NCBI GenBank assembly: GCA_031180665.1
Contig: JAPSLP010000001.1
Location: forward strand, 295,259-359,258
Length of the DNA stretch: 64,000 bases
Origin: Cupriavidus sp.
Lineage (GTDB): Bacteria; Pseudomonadota; Gammaproteobacteria; Burkholderiales; Burkholderiaceae
Reading direction: 5' to 3'
The translations under genes were made by a program, and so were the position numbers. Positions 20,273-29,741 of the stretch are shown in pieces. Below the pieces are notes generated by a model. It made no database searches, was not told where the DNA came from, and saw only the letters and a list, made by a program, of their open reading frames with translations. How positions within the stretch are numbered: the stretch's first letter is position 1; each line of letters starts with the position of its first letter.

Positions 20273-20857
20273 TCAGGTCGCCCGCTGCCCCGCATCGCGC
20301 AACGTCGTCACCAGCGACAGCAGCACCGACATCGGGATCGGCTTCGGGAATACCCGGATGCGGTCGGGCAGGCCGCCGCGGTCGGCGATCGCCTGCTTGT
20401 CCAGCGAGGTGACGACCGCGATTTCAGTGCTGGCCGACTCGGGCTCGGCATAGACTGCGCGGCACAGCCGAAAGCCGTCCATGCCGGGCATCAGCAGGTC
20501 CAGGATCACCAACTCGGGCCGGAACTTGCCGATCTGCAGCAGCCCCTCGTAACCGTCATCTGCCTCGAGGATTTCCACCGGAGGGGAGAGCGTCTCGAGC
20601 GCCATCCGGTAGATCTGCATCAGGTGCTCGTCGTCCTCGACCAGCAGCACGCGAAACGCGTGTGCCGCCTCGACCGAGGCGCTGTTGCGCTGGTCCTGCA
20701 CCAGCCGGTCGACTGCCTCGACCGGGATCCTTCGGTGTCCGCCGTCGGTCTTCCACGCGGGAAGGCGGCCGTTTTCCACCCACAGCTGCACCGTACGCAG
20801 GGACACACCCAGCATCTCGGCAGCGGTCCGCGTCGAATAGAAGCGAGTATCGCTCAT
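20273..20857 (-). CDS. Response regulator with N-terminal excisionase/MerR-like HTH
   Basis: YSTRTAAEMLGVSLRTVQLW...TDGGHRR fused to a REC domain (LLVEDD, LDLLMPGMDG). Confidence 0.88.
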   Translation of the reverse strand: MSDTRFYSTRTAAEMLGVSLRTVQLWVENGRLPAWKTDGGHRRIPVEAVDRLVQDQRNSASVEAAHAFRVLLVEDDEHLMQIYRMALETLSPPVEILEADDGYEGLLQIGKFRPELVILDLLMPGMDGFRLCRAVYAEPESASTEIAVVTSLDKQAIADRGGLPDRIRVFPKPIPMSVLLSLVTTLRDAGQRAT

Positions 20858-21251
20858 GGCTCGTCGAGTCAAGTGATGGTGATGCTAGTATCGGGTCCCC
20901 AATCTTGTGCGAAAATCTGCGAACCTGTGCGCCCAAAGAATACGAAATATGATAAACGATACCGTCGCAGCGCGCATCGCCCCGAGCACTTTTGAGCCAG
21001 TGTTGTCCTGTATCGGGGCGCCGTCCGCAGCCGTCGCCGTGCGCCATCTCGCCAGGGACCTGGCCTAGGGCCCGGCCCGACTCCGAGCCGATAGACGGCG
21101 CCGAGCTTACCCGCAGATTTTGTTCCGTGTTTCGCCAATTCCCCCGATCGCACACCATCGATTGGTGTCGTCCCTGCGCGATGGTGCGCTCCCTTGACAA
21201 CGGCAGGGTCGAAATGGGACACCGCCGGGTCCGGGGCACGATGAGCTGACC

Positions 21252-23282
21252 ATGCCGCACTGGGTATTGGAGCGCGCGGCGTTGCGCAGACGAACTGCCT
21301 TCTGGCCTGGCATTGCCATGGTGCTGAGCGTCTGGCTGGCCGTGGTGGCGTGGGGCAAGTGGGACAGGGACAACGCGCTGCAGGACATCCGCGCCGACGT
21401 CTCGCGCCTTGCCTACGCGCTTGGCCAGCATGTCCAACGCACGCTGACCGAAGCCGATCGCCTGACTTCGCTGATCGGCGGCATGGTGATCGAGCAGGGG
21501 CCGAACCTGCCGCTCGAGGCATGGCTGGGCACCAACGAGACGCATTCGCCGGCGTTCCTGCAACTGGCCGTCATCGACCGCGACGGCGTGCTGCGCAGCT
21601 CGACCAGCCCTGGTTTCGAGCCCATCGACCTGAGCGACCGCGAGCACTACCGCGTGCATGTCGACCGCCCGGTGCCAAGGCTGTTCATCAGCAAGCCCGT
21701 GGTCGGGCGAATATCCGGGCGCTGGTCGATCCAGCTGTCCAAGGGCATCGTCGACCAGGCCGGACGGTTTGCCGGCGTCGTGGTCCTCTCGCTCGATCCG
21801 GAGTACCTGACCAACCTCTACCGCAGCGTCTACCTCGGCAAGCATGGCCAGATCAACCTCGTCGGAGTCCACGACCGGGTGATACGGGCCAGCTGGAGCG
21901 GCAGCGAAAGCCAGCCCGGCCAGGTCATTCCGGCCGATTCCCCGCTCGGGCATGCCATCGCTGATCCGGCTGCGCCGATGGTCGGGGAGACCAGCCCGGT
22001 CGACCATATCACCCGCATTTTCGGCCTGCGCCGCATCCCGACGCGGGACCTGGTCATCGTCGTCGGCTACGACATCGACGAAGCGCTGCAGAACTACCGC
22101 GAGCGCCTGTTTGTCGTCATCTGCATGGCAACGGCGATCTCCGCGCTGATCGTCTTCTTCCAGATGCGGCAGGCCCGCGTGCTGCAGCGCCTGAAGGCCG
22201 TGGCCGACCACGAGGCGGCGATGAAGGACAGCCTGGAGGAAAAGCGCCGGCAATTGCATGCCCTGTTCCTCGCCATGCCCGATGGCGTCGCCCTGCTGGG
22301 GCGGGACAATCGCATCATCGAGGCCAACACGGCGCTGTGCGACATGATGGGCGTGTCGCTGACGCAGCTCAAGGGTGCGACGCCAGCCAGCTTTTCGGGG
22401 TGGCTCTACCGCGGACGCGAACCGGCCGCGCGCGCCTGCAGTGCGCGGACCCTGCTGGCGCAGATGAGCCAGCCGACGCAAGGGCGGGAGTTCGCCGCAT
22501 TGATCGAATTCGAGGGACCCGTTTCCCCGGCCTACGAGATCCGCATTGTCAGCGCCGGACGCGGCAACGGGATGGCGATCGTGCTGCGTGACGTCACCGA
22601 CCAGTTGCAGCACGACCGGATGAAATCGCACTTCGTCTCGATGGCGGCGCACGAGCTGCGCTCGCCGGTGGCCAGCATCGCAGGCTACGCGGAACTGCTG
22701 GCCACCGGCGTCGTCCCGACCGACAAGCGCACCGACATCTACCAGGGCATCCAATCGCGCGCCCGGCATCTGGATCTGCTGCTGACCGACCTGTTGGACC
22801 TGGCGCGCATCGAGATGCGCAGCGCCGGCGAGATGGCGCGCGAGCCGGTGGACCTCAATGCCTTCGTGCGCGAGACCTTGTCCAGGGAATTCCCGGACAA
22901 CGCGCGCATCCGGCTCGACGCCTGCCAGTCGGCCCCGATCGTGCTGGCCGACAAGCCTTTGCTGGCCCGGGCGTTGTGCAACCTGGTCGAGAACGCGCTC
23001 AAGTATTCCGCCCCGGAGCGCGAAGTCCGCGTCTGGCTCGACCGCCAAGCCACCGGCCAGGCCACGGTTGCCGTGTCCGATCAAGGGATCGGCATGAACC
23101 AGGAAGAAGCCGAACGGGCCTTCGACCGGTTCTACCGCGCCAACCGCAATGGGGTCGCCGGCACCGGGCTCGGCTTGGCGATCGTCAGGGAAATCGTCGC
23201 GTTGCACCAAGGTCAGATCGTGCTCGCCACCGAAGCCGGGCGGGGCACCACGGTCTCGCTCAGCCTGCCGACCATTGGCTAG
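21252..23282 (+). CDS. Sensor histidine kinase (dCache, PAS, HisKA, HATPase)
   Basis: DLSDREHY, FISKPVVGRISG; H-box AAHELRSP; NLVENALKYS, DQGIG, FDRFYR, GTGLGL. Confidence 0.93.
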   Translation: MPHWVLERAALRRRTAFWPGIAMVLSVWLAVVAWGKWDRDNALQDIRADVSRLAYALGQHVQRTLTEADRLTSLIGGMVIEQGPNLPLEAWLGTNETHSPAFLQLAVIDRDGVLRSSTSPGFEPIDLSDREHYRVHVDRPVPRLFISKPVVGRISGRWSIQLSKGIVDQAGRFAGVVVLSLDPEYLTNLYRSVYLGKHGQINLVGVHDRVIRASWSGSESQPGQVIPADSPLGHAIADPAAPMVGETSPVDHITRIFGLRRIPTRDLVIVVGYDIDEALQNYRERLFVVICMATAISALIVFFQMRQARVLQRLKAVADHEAAMKDSLEEKRRQLHALFLAMPDGVALLGRDNRIIEANTALCDMMGVSLTQLKGATPASFSGWLYRGREPAARACSARTLLAQMSQPTQGREFAALIEFEGPVSPAYEIRIVSAGRGNGMAIVLRDVTDQLQHDRMKSHFVSMAAHELRSPVASIAGYAELLATGVVPTDKRTDIYQGIQSRARHLDLLLTDLLDLARIEMRSAGEMAREPVDLNAFVRETLSREFPDNARIRLDACQSAPIVLADKPLLARALCNLVENALKYSAPEREVRVWLDRQATGQATVAVSDQGIGMNQEEAERAFDRFYRANRNGVAGTGLGLAIVREIVALHQGQIVLATEAGRGTTVSLSLPTIG

Positions 23283-23391
23283 GGGCAGGGCGCACGGAGC
23301 ACCAGGGCACTTCATGCGGTCGATGTCATAGTTGCAAACAATTGTAAATATGATAATCGACGGATCCGATTTGATAAAAATGATATATACT

Positions 23392-23480
23392 CCAACCCGT
23401 GAGCTCGTCCCCCCAGGCGGGTTCACTGACTGCAACTTCCCCGACCGGTGTCTTGGCGCGCACAAGACACCGCCTTTTTT
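23392..23480 (+). ncRNA. Candidate small RNA or leader ending in an intrinsic terminator
   Basis: TATACT at 23386-23391; AACCCG/CGGGTT hairpin; C-rich segments; 10-bp stem 23446-23455/23463-23472 followed by CCTTTTTT. Confidence 0.4.
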
Positions 23481-23667
23481 GGTCGCCAGCGGATCGGACC
23501 TGCAGTCCGCGTCAGGCCAGCGGCCTGCGCTCGGGTGATGCCATGACACAGCGTCGGCACGCAGCCCACCTCCTACGCACCGCGCGGCCAGTTGGGCCGG
23601 CGCACCATTGGCTCGTGCAGTCCTTCGACGTTCGCATCGAGCATGGCGCAACCGCCAGGTCCGTCCC

Positions 23668-26600
23668 ATGACCCGGCCCGCTTTCCCGACCTCCAGATCG
23701 CGCGCGCCGCTGCTTGCCCTGATCGTGTTCGTGACCATCACGATGGGCATGCTGGCCTGGTCGAACTACCGCTGGGAACACACGCTGGCCGAATGCCAGA
23801 TCGCGCAGGACCGGCTGGCCGATTCGCGCCGTGCGCTCATCCTGGCCGAACTGCAATTGGAGCGTCTGCTGCGCGGCGATCCCGCTTCCACGCGGGAACA
23901 GGTGGTGCGCTACCTCGCGCAGGCACGCGACAGCAGCCGGGCCCTGGCGACGGCCCACCATGGCGGCGTGCGCCTGGCCCATGGCCACGCCGAGGTCGCC
24001 GAGATGGCCGAGGCCGCCAGCCGCTACGCGGCGGCAGTCGACACCATGGCGCAGACCATGCTCGCGCGCCTGTCGGACAAGGGCAAAGGCAGGCAGCACG
24101 AGCAGCGCGGCCAGGCCCCTGCAGTGGAACAGAGCGCCGTCGCGCTCGAGAACGCCATCCTGCGCGATACCGCCGAACGCCGGCGCGCATTGCACCGGCA
24201 GGATGCCTTGAACATCGCGATCGTCGGCCTGCTGACGCTCGGTCTCTACGTGGTGCTCGCCCGCACCGAGCGGCGCCGCGCCGCGGCCCTGGCAGCGCTG
24301 GTGGACAGCGAGGCGCGCCTGCAGGCCATCGTGGCCGGGCTGCCCGGCATCGCGTTCCTGCTGGACGCCAATGGCGAGTACCTGGACGTGTTCGGCAGCA
24401 ACAGCGAACTGCTGCTCGAGCCCGCAGACTTGATGATGCGGCGCCGGATCACCGATGTACTGCCCGCGGCGGCCGTCGAAGGGTGTCTGCGTACCATCCG
24501 CCAGACCCTGGCGGCGCGGCGCACCACCACCTACGAGTACCAATTGACCGTCAATGGCCGGCAGCGGTGGTTCGATGCCCGTGTCGCGCCGGTAGGCAAT
24601 ACCGACACGGTGATCTGGCTGGCATGGGATGTCACCGAGCGGCGCCAGGCCGAACACCGCGTGCGCGAACTGTCGCGACTTTACGGATTCCTCAGCCACG
24701 TCAACCAGGCATGCATGCATGCCACGACGCCCGAAGCGCTCTACGCGCGCGCCTGCGCGGCGGCGCGGCATTTCGGTGGATTCAAGCAGGCGTGCGTGGC
24801 GCAGGCGGACGACCCCGTCCTGGCCGCGCTGCTGGCCCAGGGCCATGAGCAGATCGCCGAGGCCATACGCCCTGGCGGCGAGACCGCGGCCGAGGCCTGG
24901 GAGCAGGGCAGGGTGGTCTGCTTCACCAGGCTCGTGGGCGAAGACCACGCCCCTGCCTGGGCGGCGCTCGTGCTCAGGGACGGCATGACCGCCTGCGCGG
25001 CCATTCCGCTGCGCCGCGAGCAGCAACTGGTCGCGCTCCTGCTGCTGGCCACCGATACGCTGGACCTGCAGCGCCCCGAGGAATGCGAACTGCTGCAGGA
25101 GATCGGCGACGACATCTCGCATGCCGTCACACGGCTGGACCGGGACGCGCGGCACGCCGCGCACGTCGGGCGGATCCGGCTGCTGGCGGCCGCCCTGGAG
25201 AGTTCCCGCGACGGCATCATGATCACCCGTCTCGACGGGACCATCGTGTCGGTCAACCGCGCCTTCGTGCAGATGACGGGCTACGACGAAGCCCAAGCGG
25301 TCGGGCGCACGCCCGCGCTGCTGCGCTCCGGTGCCCATGGCGCCGATTTCTACCGGGCGCTCAACGAGGCGCTGGCACGCGACGGCTCCTGGCGCGGGGA
25401 GATCTGGAACCGCACCCGGCATGGCGCCGTGGTGCTGCATTTCCTGTCGATCAGCACCGTGCAGGGCGAAGACGGCAATCCCGACCGCTACATCGGCGTG
25501 CTGACCGACCTGACGCGCCTCAAGCAGACCGAGGATCGCCTCGACACGCTGACCTATTTCGATCCATTGACGGGACTGCCAAACCGGCTACTGCTGCGCA
25601 TGCGACTGGAGCAGCAACTGGCCGTCGCCACAGCGCATGGCGAGAGGCTTGGCATCCTGCTGATCGACCTGGATCGCTTCAAGACCGTCAACGACGGGCT
25701 CGGGCACGCCGCCGGCGACACGCTGCTGCAGGCCGTGGCCAACCGGCTGCAACAGCAGATGGGCCCACGCGACCTGCTGGGCCGCGAAGGCGGCGACGAA
25801 TTCGTCATCGTCCGCTGCGGGGCCGCCCACGCCGACGCCGGCGGCGAATTCGCCCAGCAGGTGCTGGCCGACTTCTCGCGGCCGTTCCACGTCGATGGGC
25901 AGGAGCTGTTCCTGCAGATCAGCATCGGCATGGCGCGCTACCCCGAAGACGGCGCACAGGCCGGCGAGCTGATCCGTCGCGCGCAGGCCGCGGTACACGA
26001 AGCGAAGCGCTCCGGCGGCGGCAGCCTCGGCCGCTATGCCACATCGCTGACGTCGGCAGCCAGCCACCGCCTGACGCTCGAAGCGCGCCTGCGCCGCGCG
26101 CTGCAACAGGACCGGTTTGAGCTGCACTATCAGCCGCTGGTGGACCTGCGGCGCGGCAAGGTGGTCGGCGCGGAGGCCGTGCTGCGGCTGCAGGACGAGG
26201 AGGGCGAAGCGATCGGGCCGGCGCAGTACATCCCGGTGCTCGAGGAAACCGGCATGATCCTGGAGGTCGGCCGCTGGGTCGAACTCGAGGCGTGCCGGCA
26301 AGGACGCCGCTGGCTCGACGACGGATACGACATCGAAGTGCTCGCCATCAACCTGAGCGCCTCGGAGATCCGCAGCGGCACCGTGCATGCCCAATTGCAG
26401 CAGGTGCTGGCACAGACCGGCTTTCCGCCGGAGCGGCTGGAACTGGAAGTCACGGAATCCGGGCTGATCTCACAGGGGGACCACGCCGCGGACTTCCTGC
26501 GCGGACTGAAGACTCTGGGCATCAAGCTCGCGATCGACGACTTCGGTACGGGCTATTCGTCGCTGGCCTACTTGCGCGATTTCCCTGTCGACAAGCTCAA

Positions 26601-26844
26601 GATCGACCGCGGCTTCCTCCAGCACGTCCCACTGGCAAGCTCCGATCGCCAGGTAGTGGCGACCATCGTCGCGCTGGCCAAGGAGTTGGGCCTGAAGGTG
26701 GTCGCCGAAGGCGTGGAGAACGAGGATCAGCTGGCGCTGCTGCGCTCGCTGGATTGCGACTTGTGGCAGGGCTACCTATGCAGCCCGCCATTGCCGGCCG
26801 GGCAATTCGCCGCGCGGTTCCTTGCCGGGACGGGACAGTGCTGA
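23668..26844 (+). CDS. Membrane-anchored PAS/GAF/PAS GGDEF-EAL protein
   Basis: Two TMs; PAS motifs; YFDPLTGLPNR, REGGDEF, EAVLR, DDFGTGYSS, VAEGVE. Confidence 0.94.
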   Translation: MTRPAFPTSRSRAPLLALIVFVTITMGMLAWSNYRWEHTLAECQIAQDRLADSRRALILAELQLERLLRGDPASTREQVVRYLAQARDSSRALATAHHGGVRLAHGHAEVAEMAEAASRYAAAVDTMAQTMLARLSDKGKGRQHEQRGQAPAVEQSAVALENAILRDTAERRRALHRQDALNIAIVGLLTLGLYVVLARTERRRAAALAALVDSEARLQAIVAGLPGIAFLLDANGEYLDVFGSNSELLLEPADLMMRRRITDVLPAAAVEGCLRTIRQTLAARRTTTYEYQLTVNGRQRWFDARVAPVGNTDTVIWLAWDVTERRQAEHRVRELSRLYGFLSHVNQACMHATTPEALYARACAAARHFGGFKQACVAQADDPVLAALLAQGHEQIAEAIRPGGETAAEAWEQGRVVCFTRLVGEDHAPAWAALVLRDGMTACAAIPLRREQQLVALLLLATDTLDLQRPEECELLQEIGDDISHAVTRLDRDARHAAHVGRIRLLAAALESSRDGIMITRLDGTIVSVNRAFVQMTGYDEAQAVGRTPALLRSGAHGADFYRALNEALARDGSWRGEIWNRTRHGAVVLHFLSISTVQGEDGNPDRYIGVLTDLTRLKQTEDRLDTLTYFDPLTGLPNRLLLRMRLEQQLAVATAHGERLGILLIDLDRFKTVNDGLGHAAGDTLLQAVANRLQQQMGPRDLLGREGGDEFVIVRCGAAHADAGGEFAQQVLADFSRPFHVDGQELFLQISIGMARYPEDGAQAGELIRRAQAAVHEAKRSGGGSLGRYATSLTSAASHRLTLEARLRRALQQDRFELHYQPLVDLRRGKVVGAEAVLRLQDEEGEAIGPAQYIPVLEETGMILEVGRWVELEACRQGRRWLDDGYDIEVLAINLSASEIRSGTVHAQLQQVLAQTGFPPERLELEVTESGLISQGDHAADFLRGLKTLGIKLAIDDFGTGYSSLAYLRDFPVDKLKIDRGFLQHVPLASSDRQVVATIVALAKELGLKVVAEGVENEDQLALLRSLDCDLWQGYLCSPPLPAGQFAARFLAGTGQC

Positions 26845-26875
26845 AGCCGCTCCAGGGGCGGCCGGTGGGGAAGAC

Positions 26876-26969
26876 CGGACATTACTGTTTGGCTCCAACA
26901 TCCGTCGCCCCAGCGGTTTTCGGTGGTCCGGCTTGGGGCCAAAGTCAGACGTCAGGCCGAGCGTGCTTT
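26876..26969. repeat. Relic IS1202-type terminal sequences (an IRL-like and an IRR-like copy)
   Basis: 26876-26900 matches 29684-29708 at 15/25 positions; 26925-26969 aligns with 28154-28197 with one indel, sharing CCGAGCGTGCTTT exactly. Confidence 0.5.
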
Positions 26970-27264
26970 GCACTTTGGCGGCGATGTCCCAGTACGTGCC
27001 CAAAGCCGTGGGCAAGGTCACGCCATCGGCCCATAGCTCGATCCGTCATCTGGGTATTCGGGCACCTCGATGGCGCGGGCGATCGGCTGAGGTGGGCCGG
27101 CCCGTTGGCCAGCAGTCAATTACCGATTCCGAAGAGACGACCGACATCGTGCGCGTCGCCCGCGCTGCAGAAGAGCTCCAAGCCGCCAGAGACATACTTG
27201 GCACGCTGAACTTCCCCTCTGCTATACTTGTCCCATTAGTTGAACAACTCTTTGGGAGAGGGCA

Positions 27265-27528
27265 ATGCGCACCATTCACTTCTCCGATGCCCGTAACAAC
27301 CTCAAGGCGGTCATCGACCAGGCGATCGACGATCACGACGCCATCCTGATCACGCGCCGGGACGCCCCCAACGCGGTGATCATGTCTCAAGAACAATACG
27401 ACAGCTGGATGGAGACGATGTATCTCATGAGCAATCCGGCGAATGCCAAGCGCCTGATGGAGTCGATCGAGCAATTGCGCCGCGGTGAAGGTACGGAGCG
27501 CGAACTGATCGAGCCGGACACTGAATGA
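27265..27528 (+). CDS. yefM: Phd/YefM antitoxin
   Basis: MRTIHFSDARNNLKAVIDQ...NAVIMSQEQYDSWMETMYLMSNPANAKRLMESIEQL; TATACT -10 upstream. Confidence 0.93.
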   Translation: MRTIHFSDARNNLKAVIDQAIDDHDAILITRRDAPNAVIMSQEQYDSWMETMYLMSNPANAKRLMESIEQLRRGEGTERELIEPDTE

Positions 27529-27794
27529 CGCGAAAAGTCGTCTTCACGCCCCACGCCTGGGAAGAATACGTATGGTGGCAGACGCAAGACAAGAAGATTC
27601 TCAGACGCATCAACCAGCTGGTTGGTGAGTGTCAGCGCGAACCCTTCGAAGGAATCGGCAAACCTGAGCCGCTGAAGGGAAATCTCGCCGGTATGTGGTC
27701 GCGGCGTATCGACGACGTCAATCGGCTGGTCTATGACGCCAACGATGATGCCCTGCGCGTTGTCAGCTGCCGCTACCACTACGGCGACAAATAA
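27525..27794 (+). CDS. yoeB: Txe/YoeB mRNA interferase toxin
   Basis: FTPHAWEEYVWWQ, GIGKPEPLKGNLAGMWSRRIDDVNRLVY, CRYHY; ATGA overlap with yefM. Confidence 0.93.
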   Translation: MTRKVVFTPHAWEEYVWWQTQDKKILRRINQLVGECQREPFEGIGKPEPLKGNLAGMWSRRIDDVNRLVYDANDDALRVVSCRYHYGDK

Positions 27795-28157
27795 AGCCGC
27801 CGACGCCGGATTGTCAGATAGATCATCTTCCGGCCGTCACGCATTTGGATGTACATGTGCCGGCGCTTAATGCACGTGAGCAAAGCGCTTGAACGCATCA
27901 GGGCCCTCCAGCCTATTGGTAGCGCTGACCTGGCCACATGCGCCTGCCAGAACTTCTCCACATCACTAAGGGTAGGGCCGTTGAGCCAGCGATGGTCCCT
28001 TCCCGCGATTCGACCCCTCGCGCCAACCGGTTGTGCCCGGGGCGGCCCAGTCGTCCGTTGACCAGCGAAGCCGGCCCCGCGGCCTGAAACCGACGCAGCA
28101 GCCGAACGTCTGCCGCGTCGACAGTCCCATCCGCTGTCCAGGCGGCTTTCAAAGGTC

Positions 28158-29708
28158 TGGCTTCGGCTAATTTCAAATGTCAGTCCGAGCGTGCTTTTTG
28201 TGGGGTGCCCGTAACGCAGTCAAGCTGGCCGTGGTCGATGCCGCCTCAACTGGGTGGGGCGCCGGTACTGGCAATGGCCCGCTCCAGATCCAGCCGATTG
28301 ATCTGCCACTTGCGCTTAGTGTGCGGCGCGGCTTGGGCGCGGGTTGGATCTTGGCCACTGAGCGTGCGTGACGGCCCCGCGGTTTGCCGATCGTCCCTGA
28401 GCGCCTGCACCTTGGCGGCGATCTCCAGCACGTGCCCCAGCCGCTCGTGCGCGACGATGTCCCCTTGCCGGATGGTTTCCCGCGGATCGAACACGCTGTA
28501 GGGCAGGGCAGCGCCATCGGCCCACAGCTCGATCCGGCCATCGGGGCATTCGGCCACCTCGATGGTGCGCCCGATCAGCCGGCGGTGTTCCGGCACATTG
28601 ACCAGCGATAGACGACCTTGCCGTACTGCAAAGTCAGGCTCTGCGAGACCTTGCGCCATTCGCGCCAGGTAAAGATCCGCTCGAGGTCTTCATCGGCGCG
28701 CACCGGCCGGTGCGCATTGAACTCGCTTCGGGGCACCTTGGCAAAGCGCGCATTGAACTCAGCCATGAAGCTCGCGGCAAAGCCGTTGGCGGCGGGGAGG
28801 GTGGCAATACCGCGCAACCGCAGCTCCTTGACCAGCCGGTCCTGCAGCACGCCGTGCATCCGCTCCACGCGCCCCTTGGCCTGGCTCGAATTGGCGGACA
28901 GGATGTCGATGTTCAGCTCGAACAGCGCGCGCCCAAACTGCGTATAGCCGCGCCCGTCCGGCCCGTCCTTGGCATTGACGCGGAAGATGCCGGCCTTGTC
29001 GCTGTAGAACGCCACCGGCTTGCCGTGGCGTTCCACGTAGGCCCGCGTCGCCGCAAAGTACGCGAAGGTCGATTCGGTCGGCACAAACGACAGCTGCATC
29101 AGTTGGCCGGTGGCGTCGTCGACGTAGACCAGCAGCGTGCAGGCCGGCGCGCGGTCCTCGAACCAGCGGTGATCGCTGCCATCGATCTGGATCAGCTCGC
29201 CATAGCAGGCGCGCCGGTGCCGCGGCTGGTAGACCTTGGGCGGGCGCAGCTTGCGCGGGACCCAGAAGCCGGCGTCGATCATGATCCGGCGCACGCAGGC
29301 CCTCGACAGTTCGATGCCGTGGCATTGCCGCAGCTTCTCCCAGGCCAGCGTGGGGCCGAAGTCAGCGTAGGTGTCGCGAATCAGGCCGCGTACGCGCGCT
29401 TCTAGACCGGGCGGCAACTGCCGATTGCCCGGACGACCGCGACTGCGCGAAATCAGCCCGCTAGGGCCATCTTCCTGCAATCGCAGCACCAATCGCCGGA
29501 CTTGCCGCGCGCTGATACCCAAGCGCTCAGCGGCACGCCAACGCGCCAGATGGCCGTCGGCGACCGCCTGAACGACCTTGAGTCGATCCAACTCCCGCGT
29601 GCTCATCGTCACCCATCCCTGATCGTTCACCGCTGGCTCCTCGAGAATCCAACGAGCCGTTGACGGTATCGATCATGGGCGACGTGACATTTCTATTCAT
29701 GCCTAACA
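28158..29708 (-). mobile_element. IS1202-family (ex-ISNCY) insertion sequence
   Basis: Left end reads TGTTAGGCATGAATAGAAATGTCAC on the - strand from 29708; imperfect right end TGGCTTCGGCTAATTTCAAATGTCAG at 28158-28183; DDE transposase inside. Confidence 0.78.
28246..29630 (-). pseudogene. IS1202-family DDE transposase with a 1-bp deletion near 28609
   Basis: HTH; IQIDGSDHRWFE, VYVDDATG, YSDKAGIF, AKGRVER. Frame changes at QYGKVVY/LVNVPEHRRLIG. Confidence 0.85.
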
Positions 29709-29713
29709 TCTGC

Positions 29714-29741
29714 GTCGCCGATAATGTTTGTTATGTTAAAT
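29714..29741 (+). other. dif: dif (XerC/XerD) chromosome-dimer resolution site
   Basis: GTCGCCGATAA-TGTTTG-TTATGTTAAAT. The XerD arm is identical to the E. coli consensus TTATGTTAAAT, and KOPS polarity converges here. Confidence 0.85.

Noticed and set aside
20556-23750. 1064-aa - strand ORF
   Set aside because: Antisense shadow of the histidine kinase; no domain signatures.
26822-27349. 175-aa ORF upstream of yefM
   Set aside because: Overlaps the EAL stop, the IS-end relics and the TA promoter; no motifs.
27795-28153. Possible gene remnant between yoeB and the IS
   Set aside because: The frames I translated gave no recognisable protein fragment.
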